Virus record (IMG/VR): IMGVR_UViG_3300031825_000041
Span: 1-39,909 of that record
Direction: 5' to 3' (one strand)
Length of the DNA stretch: 39,909 nt
Origin: a virus
The notes under the pieces were generated by a model. That model was not told where the DNA came from, ran no database searches, and saw only the letters and a list, made by a program, of their open reading frames with translations. Below are positions 32,803-39,909 of the stretch, in pieces; the first letter of the stretch is position 1, and each line of letters opens with the position of its first letter. Both the position numbers and the translations under genes were made by a program.

Positions 32803-33846
32803 TTATCCAAAAATACTATTCTTTTGTTGGTCAGTATTATTACTAAATCCAAAGAGAGAGGGAGCAGTTGTACCAGTTCCTGAAATACCTCCAATTGGAG
32901 CAGCAGTTGGCATTGTGTAATTAGTCGTTGAAACTTGAGAAAGATTAGACTTTAGCTGATTAATGTCATTTGAATGGTTCATTGCCCATTGATCAAGAGC
33001 AGATTTCCTATTTACCGCCTCAGCTTGTACGTTTTGAAGCTGTTGTAAAGCAACATTAAGAAGATTTTGCGACAGACTTGCCAAATCCTGTCCCTTTTGA
33101 AGTTGTCCTTGAGCTTGTGCCTGTTTAAGAGCATTTTGTTGTTCTGAGAACCACTGAGCGATACCTGAAATTTGTTGATCTCGTTGTGAGGCGAGATTAT
33201 TTACTTCCCCGTTATAAATTTCATTTAATCTTGACTCCCGTCCATTAATATCATTTTGAATATTTGCGTATTGTGCAGTGACATCTCCTCTCTGTTGAGA
33301 ACCCAGTTTAGTTAAGGCATAAGAATATTGATTAGCCGCTGAAGAGTCCGCAGCTCCCCGCGCGCCCAAGTAAACATTTCCTGATTGAAAGAGATTTCTA
33401 ATATTAGCTGAAAGATCGTTAAGCGTCTTAGCCTGTTGAGTATTAGCATTAGTTCTTTGGGTGCCCAAATCCTGAAGACCGAGGTTCTTTTGCGTATTAA
33501 GCTGATTTACTCCCTGATCGTATTGACTATTAGCAATACTTTCTTGTGCAGCTCTTTGAGATGGAAGACCATTGTTGAGAACATCATTAAGTGAATTAAA
33601 ATAAGCGTCATAGCCTGAATTAATGTCATTTCTCACTTGAGCTGATGGATCAGAAGTTGATGTGTTAACAGCTGGAGCTGGAGCAGTTGCTCCTAAAACT
33701 TGACCACCACCAGTCGTTGGACTCGATTGAGCAACTCCAGTTCCTATAAACGGGACATTTACGCCCGGACGCGACTGAGGTGCATACGTTTGACTGCCTT
33801 TGTAATTTGCGTATCTTGGGTCTGTTTGACTTGAACCGTAAATCAT
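32803..33846 (-). CDS. Gln/Asn-rich coiled-coil virion protein, 347 aa
   Basis: First gene of the tail block, with SD AAGGAG upstream and Q/N-rich heptad-like composition. Confidence 0.55.
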   Translation of the reverse strand: MIYGSSQTDPRYANYKGSQTYAPQSRPGVNVPFIGTGVAQSSPTTGGGQVLGATAPAPAVNTSTSDPSAQVRNDINSGYDAYFNSLNDVLNNGLPSQRAAQESIANSQYDQGVNQLNTQKNLGLQDLGTQRTNANTQQAKTLNDLSANIRNLFQSGNVYLGARGAADSSAANQYSYALTKLGSQQRGDVTAQYANIQNDINGRESRLNEIYNGEVNNLASQRDQQISGIAQWFSEQQNALKQAQAQGQLQKGQDLASLSQNLLNVALQQLQNVQAEAVNRKSALDQWAMNHSNDINQLKSNLSQVSTTNYTMPTAAPIGGISGTGTTAPSLFGFSNNTDQQKNSIFG

Positions 33847-33856
33847 ATGATATAAT
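33827..33856 (+). promoter_or_regulatory. Near-consensus plus-strand promoter TTGACT-18-TGaTATAAT driving a leaderless transcript
   Basis: TTGACT at 33827-33832 and extended -10 TGATATAAT at 33848-33856. The GTG start codon at 33863 is 6 nt after the -10, and there is no SD. Confidence 0.6.
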
Positions 33857-33862
33857 CTCCTT

Positions 33863-34348
33863 GTGAATAAACTTATAGGCTTTATTGGCCTAATCGTTTT
33901 TATCTCTTTAAGTTATTTCTTTGTTAATTTAAGTCTTCCGCCAAAGGCTGTTAGTGTTGTGCCGACACCTACTCCAAAAGAAAATAGATACGATCCATTA
34001 CCTAAACCTCTCTCTGCTGAAAAACTTACGGCACTCGTCAATAAATGGCGAGTCTCGCAAGGCTTTCAACCGTACGTAAAAAATGAAGATTTATGTCAAA
34101 TTGCTATTGATAGATCAGATGAAGGAGCCGATAACCATAAAGGATTTTTAGAAAAATACTCTAATTTCCCCTCAGTAATCCAAGAAAATTTAGTGCAAGC
34201 TAGTAACGAATATTCTGCTTTATCCTCATGGTTAAATTCAAAACCACATCTCGCAACACTTGAAAAACCATATAAATATTCCTGTATAGCTTGTTATAAA
34301 AACCAATGTAATCAGATTTTTTCCAATCTCGAAAACGGAACACGATAA
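33863..34348 (+). CDS. Secreted CAP/SCP (YkwD-like) domain protein
   Basis: N-terminal signal or TM segment LIGFIGLIVFISLSYFF. CAP-like blocks LVNKWRVSQGFQPY, ENLVQASNEYSALSSWLNSKPHLATLEKPYKYSCIA. Confidence 0.6.
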   Translation: MNKLIGFIGLIVFISLSYFFVNLSLPPKAVSVVPTPTPKENRYDPLPKPLSAEKLTALVNKWRVSQGFQPYVKNEDLCQIAIDRSDEGADNHKGFLEKYSNFPSVIQENLVQASNEYSALSSWLNSKPHLATLEKPYKYSCIACYKNQCNQIFSNLENGTR

Positions 34349-34360
34349 ATTATTAAAGAG

Positions 34361-34411
34361 CTAGCACATTCCTGTGCCACCGCATTTAGGACATTTCTTT
34401 TTCTTAGCCAT
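34361..34411 (-). CDS. Tiny ORF, 16 aa, with a CxxCxGxG motif (not in ORF track)
   Basis: AAAGGAGAAATAT precedes the ATG; translation MAKKKKCPKCGGTGMC. Confidence 0.3.
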   Translation of the reverse strand: MAKKKKCPKCGGTGMC

Positions 34412-34438
34412 ATATTTCTCCTTTCATTTTTTTCACAC

Positions 34439-34498
34439 AAAAAAAGCCGTCCTTAGAACGACTTTCTAGAACCTAGAAAATTATTCTAAAAACGGCTT
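34439..34498 (-). terminator. Long imperfect hairpin terminator (cassette d)
   Basis: Minus strand AAGCCGT ... TTAGAA ... TTCTAA ... ACGGCTT followed by TTTTTTGTG. Confidence 0.65.
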
Positions 34499-34540
34499 AC
34501 CTGACAACCTCGTGTTGGCTCAGCCAAATAGATTAACTCA

Positions 34541-34569
34541 CTTGTATCACTTTTTTTCTTATTTGTCAA
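34541..34569 (-). promoter_or_regulatory. Candidate promoter TTGACA-17-TGaTACAAG (cassette d)
   Basis: TTGACA (34569-34564) overlaps the last codons of the HNH gene. The -10 is weaker (TACAAG) but is preceded by TG. Confidence 0.35.
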
Positions 34570-35197
34570 CTACCAAAGTGTGATTTCCATAAGTAGGTGT
34601 TTTTCTGTGACAATTTGCGCAAAGCGTTCTACCATTACTTAATGTATAACGTAACTCAGGATATAAAGCCCAAGATTTAATATGGTCAGCATTTAACTCT
34701 CCGTTGCCTCGTTTACCACATTTCTGACAAATATAGTTGTCCCGTTCAAATACTGCTTTCCTCCATTGTTTATATTCTCTTTTTTGCATTAAATATTGTC
34801 TTTCAGTTTTATGTAATTTTGACAATCCTCCTTGCCAATTCCAATGAGAGCTTTCAGACATATCTAGTCCACTACAATTTCTAGAACAATATTTTCTGTT
34901 TTTATAAAAACTATCTGATCTAAAACAATAAAATCTTTTATTGCAAACCTTACAAAACTTAAAATAACCTGCCGTAACCTTACGAAGACACTCATTAGAA
35001 CAGTAGTTCCTAACATTTCTTTTTGCTTCACTAATACGAATTTCATAACCTTTCTTGCAGTTAAGACAAGTTTTATTAACTCTTTTTCTTGTTGGTAAGG
35101 CTGCGCACATTTGAGAACAATATTTACCTCTTCCTCGTTTAATAAAAGATGGGTATGTTCTAAAAAGCTTATTACAAGTTAAACAATTAAGCGTCAT
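34559..35197 (-). CDS. HNH endonuclease with three N-terminal Cys4-type repeats
   Basis: C-terminal ICQKCGKRGNGELNADHIKSW ... NGRTLCANCHRKT. Three repeats of the form CxxCxK ... YCSxxC. Confidence 0.8.
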   Translation of the reverse strand: MTLNCLTCNKLFRTYPSFIKRGRGKYCSQMCAALPTRKRVNKTCLNCKKGYEIRISEAKRNVRNYCSNECLRKVTAGYFKFCKVCNKRFYCFRSDSFYKNRKYCSRNCSGLDMSESSHWNWQGGLSKLHKTERQYLMQKREYKQWRKAVFERDNYICQKCGKRGNGELNADHIKSWALYPELRYTLSNGRTLCANCHRKTPTYGNHTLVVDK

Positions 35198-36270
35198 ACT
35201 ATAGATTTAAAAAATTCTGCGTATTTATGAATGTTGTTTTGAATCTGCCAATCTTTTTTAATAGTTTCAAAAGCATTCTCTCCCATTTTTTTTCTCTTTT
35301 CAGGATTATCTATTAAAGTTTTCAAATGAAAATACCAGTCTTGAGCTGATTTTGCCAATAAACCATTACTACCATTGATAACTTCTTGATACTGACGAAT
35401 TGATTGGTAAATTCCTGGAATACAAGCAGAACTGGTTTCTAAATACTTTATATTACTTTTCGATCTTGTATATATATTGTCCTCTAAAGGTGCAACTAAT
35501 ATATCAGCCTCATCCATAAATTTAGGGAAATGATCATTAATCCACTTGTATATATCAGAGTCTCCATATCCTGTTTCGCATCTCATTCCCCACATATCTT
35601 TTAGTTTAGGCAGGAACGCACCAACGAATTTAATTGATACATTTGGGTATTCTTTCATAATCTTATCTACTCCGGTAATAAATTCCTGATTTGAAAGATC
35701 ATCAAAATGAGTAGTAGATCCATAATGGAGTAATTTTATTCTCTCATTATTTTTAAATTCTGAACGATGTTTATATAGCTCTAAATCGACATAGTTTGGA
35801 AAGACTTTAATAAATTCTGCTCTTTTACCAGTATTATTAATTACAACATTTTTAAGATAGCTATTTGTAACAGTCATAAAATCAACTTCGTTACAGATAG
35901 CATTAAAATCAGATAGTGCTTTACTTCCTTTGTGATAAACAGAATAGGCTGGATTATCTTTTCTTATATCCCAAAGTGAGTCGTCTAAGTCCAGGATGAT
36001 TTTTACCCCATGTTTACGAGCCATAGCACCCATAGCCGCAAATCCCCAAGGGTTAGCAATATAATTAAGATAAAAAATATCATGGGTTTTAGCGAGGTCT
36101 ACCCAATCAGTTTTTTTACTAATATCAAATTGGGTTACTTCAATTTCAGTCTCATCATCTTTATACCCATGAAGATGTTTCATCGGTTGGATGATCCGGG
36201 CGAAATCCACGCCTGATGTACGTTCTTCCGTTTGGTGTGATGGTAAAGCAAAAATTTTTATTTTCTTCAT
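35194..36270 (-). CDS. Glycosyltransferase (GT-B fold, family-1-like)
   Basis: 358 aa with two-domain Rossmann-like organisation and a C-terminal acidic segment ADILVAPLEDNIYTRSKSNIKYLE. Family not verified. Confidence 0.55.
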   Translation of the reverse strand: MKKIKIFALPSHQTEERTSGVDFARIIQPMKHLHGYKDDETEIEVTQFDISKKTDWVDLAKTHDIFYLNYIANPWGFAAMGAMARKHGVKIILDLDDSLWDIRKDNPAYSVYHKGSKALSDFNAICNEVDFMTVTNSYLKNVVINNTGKRAEFIKVFPNYVDLELYKHRSEFKNNERIKLLHYGSTTHFDDLSNQEFITGVDKIMKEYPNVSIKFVGAFLPKLKDMWGMRCETGYGDSDIYKWINDHFPKFMDEADILVAPLEDNIYTRSKSNIKYLETSSACIPGIYQSIRQYQEVINGSNGLLAKSAQDWYFHLKTLIDNPEKRKKMGENAFETIKKDWQIQNNIHKYAEFFKSIV

Positions 36271-36521
36271 GCAATGGCTAAAATATCTTCTTCTTTGATC
36301 ATGATATATTCCTGATTTTCAAAATTAAATTCGTTCCCTCCCCACTTAGGATAAAGAACTTTCATTCCTTTTTTAACTTTCTTAGCTTCATCCCCAACTT
36401 CAAGAACTTCTCCTAATTGTGGTTTTTCTTTAACTGTTTCAGGAATATAAATTCCACCTGTTGATTTCTTTTCCTTCTCAGCAGGTTTAATTAAAATATT
36501 TGCAAATAATGGTTTAATCAT
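36267..36521 (-). CDS. groES: Co-chaperonin GroES/Cpn10 homologue
   Basis: IKPLFANILIKPAEKEKKSTGGIYIPETVKEKPQLGEVLEVG ... YIMIKEEDILAI aligns by eye with the GroES consensus (mobile loop STGGIYIP). Confidence 0.85.
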   Translation of the reverse strand: MIKPLFANILIKPAEKEKKSTGGIYIPETVKEKPQLGEVLEVGDEAKKVKKGMKVLYPKWGGNEFNFENQEYIMIKEEDILAIA

Positions 36522-37291
36522 TGTGTTGCGTCAATAAATTTATCTAAATTCTTTTCAAAAGATTTGACCATTCTAATATAATGCCCCCTGAATAGATCAG
36601 TTTCCAGCTCTATTTCTTCATCTTTTCCCCAGGAAATACCATTCATACCAGGCTCGTATGTGCTAAACTCTTCTTTTGTATATATAGGATTAATCATAAT
36701 AATCCGTACGCCACAAAGCCTCGCTACCTCAGTCATAGCAGTATTTGGGTCATAACAATACAAAACTTGGCACTCATTTAAAAGATCTGCTAAGGCCTGT
36801 TGATCTTGCGCAAACTCACGGTTAATTTCGATTGAGTCCTTAGGATGAATAAATTTAAGAGGATAATTCATTCCCTTCCCGATTAAGTAAGCTGTTTTCG
36901 TTCTTTTCCTTTTTTGGTCTTTAAATAAATGCAAATTTAAGATGGGAAGAAACATTGTGTTTTCATCCGTACCTCCATAAAGTCGGGAAAAGTAATAAAG
37001 CTTATCAGTTGGGTCAAATTCAGTAGGGCCAAATCGGGTCGACCCATCACTTAAAAGAGCAGGAACAACACCAGGCTTATTCAGGATATATCTCACTACT
37101 GTTGAGGCTTGAGCAGGATTACCTACTTCAATCTCAGGATAGATCGCAATACAATCACCTGTAGCAGGTCGTTCATTAAGAAAAGCTACCTGTCCTTTCG
37201 CAAGAAGCCACCCGTAGAGTCCGTACATAACACGTACACCACCGCTAGTTATCTCGAAAGGCGGAGCAGTAAGAACGTAAGGCCTAGACAT
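36518..37291 (-). CDS. Hypothetical protein, 257 aa (possible glycosyltransferase-like)
   Basis: ORF track; the N-terminal SGGVRVMYGLYGWLLAKG resembles a GT-B N-terminus. Weak call. Confidence 0.6.
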   Translation of the reverse strand: MSRPYVLTAPPFEITSGGVRVMYGLYGWLLAKGQVAFLNERPATGDCIAIYPEIEVGNPAQASTVVRYILNKPGVVPALLSDGSTRFGPTEFDPTDKLYYFSRLYGGTDENTMFLPILNLHLFKDQKRKRTKTAYLIGKGMNYPLKFIHPKDSIEINREFAQDQQALADLLNECQVLYCYDPNTAMTEVARLCGVRIIMINPIYTKEEFSTYEPGMNGISWGKDEEIELETDLFRGHYIRMVKSFEKNLDKFIDATQ

Positions 37292-37667
37292 AAGATCCTC
37301 CTCTCTGCTTGTACCACGGAAAATTTTGTATTGCTTTTAACTTCTTTTCTGGTGTTAAATCATATTTTCTATGGCAACTTGTACATAATCTTATCCAATC
37401 CGATAAATCTCTTTTATATTCGTGACTTTTATTTGCCCATTCGTACTTCTTAGCTGTTGTACTACCACAATGTTCACATTTTTGAGGTTTACCCAATCTT
37501 CTTTTTACCCAAGAATGTAAAGCTTGCATACCTACTTTTCCATCTTCTCTATAGTTCCAAGGTATAGATCCGTTTTTAAATTCAGTAGGAGGAGAAAGGT
37601 GTTGACCTTTTTTAATTTCTGTATCTACTGAATAATGTTGTCCTTTTTTAATCATAATATTGCCCAT
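37284..37667 (-). CDS. HNH-type homing endonuclease-like protein
   Basis: CEHCGS ... YEWANKSHEY ... WIRLCTSCHRKYD, plus an N-terminal duplicated IKKGQH motif. Confidence 0.55.
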   Translation of the reverse strand: MGNIMIKKGQHYSVDTEIKKGQHLSPPTEFKNGSIPWNYREDGKVGMQALHSWVKRRLGKPQKCEHCGSTTAKKYEWANKSHEYKRDLSDWIRLCTSCHRKYDLTPEKKLKAIQNFPWYKQRGGSYV

Positions 37668-37695
37668 TTTGGAGCTGTTAATACATAAGGTCTAT

Positions 37696-37992
37696 TCATT
37701 TTAATAAATTATTATCTTTTAATATTCCGTAAATATTCATTGACCAAGCTTTAACAAGACGTTCTTCGTCCTCACTCGTTAATTTTTCCCATCCTGTTGT
37801 ATGACGCAACGCTATATGTACAAGTTCATGAATGAGTGTTTGTTCCATTTTGTCTCGACTTTGATCTTTTTCTAAATGAATAGTTCCTTTTCCCTGTAAG
37901 GTCCTACCCCAACTGTCGCCTCCATCAAGATCTTTTACGATATAAACTTTATAATCAAATCCTGCAAAATGTACTTTTTTAGGTATTTTCAT
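37696..37992 (-). CDS. Small putative Zn-metallopeptidase (HExxH)
   Basis: LIHELVHIALRH motif; 98 aa. Confidence 0.4.
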   Translation of the reverse strand: MKIPKKVHFAGFDYKVYIVKDLDGGDSWGRTLQGKGTIHLEKDQSRDKMEQTLIHELVHIALRHTTGWEKLTSEDEERLVKAWSMNIYGILKDNNLLK

Positions 37993-38729
37993 AGATTTTT
38001 CATCACGTAACTCTGACCATAAGACAAATTATGAAGCCACAGTTTAACCTCATCAGTTAGTGGCATATTAGGAAAATCTAATTTAGGAAAATGGTTTCCT
38101 CGTGCGAAGTGGTAAGCTAGAACTTGTTCTTCACGACACATTAACTTATCATTTTCGATATAGAACTGTGGTTCTCTTCCAAGAGATTTACAACCGTAGT
38201 AATCCTTTTCTTTATCGAAGATTTTAAGTTTTAATTTTTTAATCTCAGGATCGTTGTAGACCACAAGATTAGCTATGTCATTCTCTTTTCTAAGATATTG
38301 CATAGCGTTTCTATTCGCTTCTCTCCATGTGGCTAAGAACTCTTTGGAGGTTGTCGCCCACATCCCAGCCTGCAAATACATTTCTTCAGTTATGTTCTCA
38401 AAAGAAGCGTTCTCGTAATCGTTGAAGTTCCACGGAAAACCGATGTCATAATCTAGATTGTCAAATACCTCAGTCATACGTCCGGTAATGACGTGATCTG
38501 CGTCTATGTTACATATGAGATCATAGTCTTTCTCAAGAAGTTCAGCCAAGAAAGGCTTTGCTTGATACCAGTTGATATTCTTCTCAGGGAATAACTTATC
38601 AACTGTATCTTGTCTAAAGACCACAAGATCAATATCGGGATGAAACTTCTTAAATGAGTTCACCATAATATGCGTACCTTCTGCGTAGTACAATCTGTCG
38701 TCTACTGCTGTAAATGCTACTTTTCTCAT
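37989..38729 (-). CDS. Putative nucleotide-sugar glycosyltransferase (GT-A, DxD type)
   Basis: The NIDADHVITG DxD-like motif follows a Rossmann-like N-terminus. Family not verified. Confidence 0.45.
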   Translation of the reverse strand: MRKVAFTAVDDRLYYAEGTHIMVNSFKKFHPDIDLVVFRQDTVDKLFPEKNINWYQAKPFLAELLEKDYDLICNIDADHVITGRMTEVFDNLDYDIGFPWNFNDYENASFENITEEMYLQAGMWATTSKEFLATWREANRNAMQYLRKENDIANLVVYNDPEIKKLKLKIFDKEKDYYGCKSLGREPQFYIENDKLMCREEQVLAYHFARGNHFPKLDFPNMPLTDEVKLWLHNLSYGQSYVMKNL

Positions 38730-39247
38730 CTTCTTGCTATAAAATGACCATTTAGTAATTCAGTATATCTATAACCCAACGCTATTAATCTATTTTTAAA
38801 TAATTCTCTTCTTTCATCCTGGTAATGCAACTCTCCAATAATCGTTGTAATTTTATCTGCCGGAAAGTCCAAAGCATTAATAATTTCTAACTCATCACCC
38901 TCTACATCAAGCTTTAAGACGTCTACGTACTTAATCCCGCAACCTTCCATGAACCCTTTTATCGTCTCTGTAACTGTAGACTCCACCCCTCCGATTTTAG
39001 ATGTATAAACTTTTATATTCTCAAAGCCGTTATCGCGTACTGACTTTCTAAATAAAGTCGTCACCTTTTCGTCGCAATCAACTGCATAAATTTGTTTAGC
39101 TTGTTTTTGCAACCAAAGACTAAAAGTACCGATATTACAACCTACATCAAGCACAATTAAATCCTCAAACAAAAACTTATATTCTTGTTTTTCTATAACT
39201 TCAAAGATATATCTTGTCGTATCACAATGAATTATCATAATCTCCAC
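38726..39247 (-). CDS. SAM-dependent methyltransferase (FkbM-like)
   Basis: Motif I LIVLDVGCNIGTFSLWL and acidic motif II YAVDCDE. Confidence 0.65.
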   Translation of the reverse strand: MEIMIIHCDTTRYIFEVIEKQEYKFLFEDLIVLDVGCNIGTFSLWLQKQAKQIYAVDCDEKVTTLFRKSVRDNGFENIKVYTSKIGGVESTVTETIKGFMEGCGIKYVDVLKLDVEGDELEIINALDFPADKITTIIGELHYQDERRELFKNRLIALGYRYTELLNGHFIARR

Positions 39248-39278
39248 TCAGCCCCCCTCCCAAGAGGCTGAATGCAAA

Positions 39279-39909
39279 TTATCTAAAAAAGAGAACAATA
39301 ATTGCACTACTATCGTATCTTCTTGCTTGAAATCCAAGACTTTGCAGATACTTTACAATATTTTGCCAGTCTGAGTGATGGAACTCACACTCAATAGCTT
39401 TGATCTTATGGGCAACTTTTTTAAATCCCTCAGAATAGAGAATTAACTCTTCCGATCCTTCAGGATCAAACTTCATAAAGTCCACTTCTTCAATACCGTT
39501 CTCTTCAAAGAAAGTATCTATTGATTTTGTTGGAACTTTAAAGCTTGGCTGATACCAGCCTCCAGGCCCTACAGGATGACTACCTTTAGGGTCAATCAAA
39601 GCATTAGTTGTTCTATTGTTTGGTGCTTGAGCAAATTCCATTTCTCCATTACGATCTGCAAGAGCGTAGTTAAACAATTCAACATTATCCCACTCGTTCA
39701 CTTTCTTATTTGCTTCAAGTGCTGCATAGTTTTCAGGTGAAGGCTCTATTGCATACACTTTTTTAGCAAAATCCTTAAAATAATTAACAGTGATACCTAT
39801 ATTCGCTCCAACATCAACGATGGTTAGATCCTTTTTTTGATTTAGCACATCAAGATAAACACCTTCAAGGTAAATTTCTTTAAAGATGTAAGGGATAAAG
39901 AGGGTATCA
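39279..39909 (-). CDS. FkbM-family SAM methyltransferase, 3' part (open to the window edge; N-terminus encoded at 201-1)
   Basis: Motif TIVDVGANIGITVNYF. The reading frame stays open upstream of the listed start (a GTG at 39848) to base 39909. Confidence 0.8.
   Translation of the reverse strand, partial: DTLFIPYIFKEIYLEGVYLDVLNQKKDLTIVDVGANIGITVNYFKDFAKKVYAIEPSPENYAALEANKKVNEWDNVELFNYALADRNGEMEFAQAPNNRTTNALIDPKGSHPVGPGGWYQPSFKVPTKSIDTFFEENGIEEVDFMKFDPEGSEELILYSEGFKKVAHKIKAIECEFHHSDWQNIVKYLQSLGFQARRYDSSAIIVLFFR
39783..39909. repeat. Terminal overlap copy 2 (identical to 1-127)
   Basis: Exact identity to the first 127 bases of the window. Confidence 0.95.

Noticed and set aside
1-39909. An alternative genetic code (TAG or TGA recoding) was considered.
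   Set aside because: Long uninterrupted ORFs with recognisable motifs are obtained with the standard code. All three stop codons are used at well-defined gene ends.

Overview
The window is a complete, circularly closed genome of a tailed dsDNA phage (Caudoviricetes). Bases 1-127 are identical to 39783-39909, so the unit length is 39,782 bp. The linearisation point splits one methyltransferase gene. About 70 tightly packed, often start/stop-overlapping genes lie on the minus strand. Only a tyrosine integrase (21864-22829) and a secreted CAP-domain moron (33863-34348) are on the plus strand.

Reading the minus strand around the circle, the modules are:
- Early region (21634 -> 11848): small ORFs, many Zn-ribbon, plus a muralytic enzyme, C5 DNA methyltransferase, NinG-like and EndoVII-like nucleases.
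- Packaging and head (11663 -> 2298): terS, terL, portal, scaffold, HK97-type major capsid, and Ala/Gly/Thr-rich virion proteins.
- Glycan-biosynthesis island of about 8 kb (2192 -> 1, then 39782 -> 34559): SDR epimerase, split transketolase, two FkbM methyltransferases, glycosyltransferases, GroES and two HNH endonucleases.
- Tail and internal-protein module (33846 -> 24479).
- Lysis cassette (24361 -> 22998).

Most notable non-coding signals:
- Four cassettes in which a near-consensus sigma70-type promoter sits upstream of a hairpin and an intrinsic terminator. They lie in front of late or accessory gene blocks, which suggests antitermination control or small RNAs.
- Two large ORF-free, highly structured intergenic regions (17827-18158 and 19409-19673). 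In the second, G-U pairs indicate a minus-strand RNA.
- A perfect 32-bp tandem duplication that frameshifts a Zn-ribbon gene.
- Switch-like hairpins in front of the lysis genes.

By motif reading I saw no replication genes, no CI-type repressor, no tRNA, no CRISPR array and no reverse transcriptase. All functional calls come from reading motifs by eye. No database search was run.
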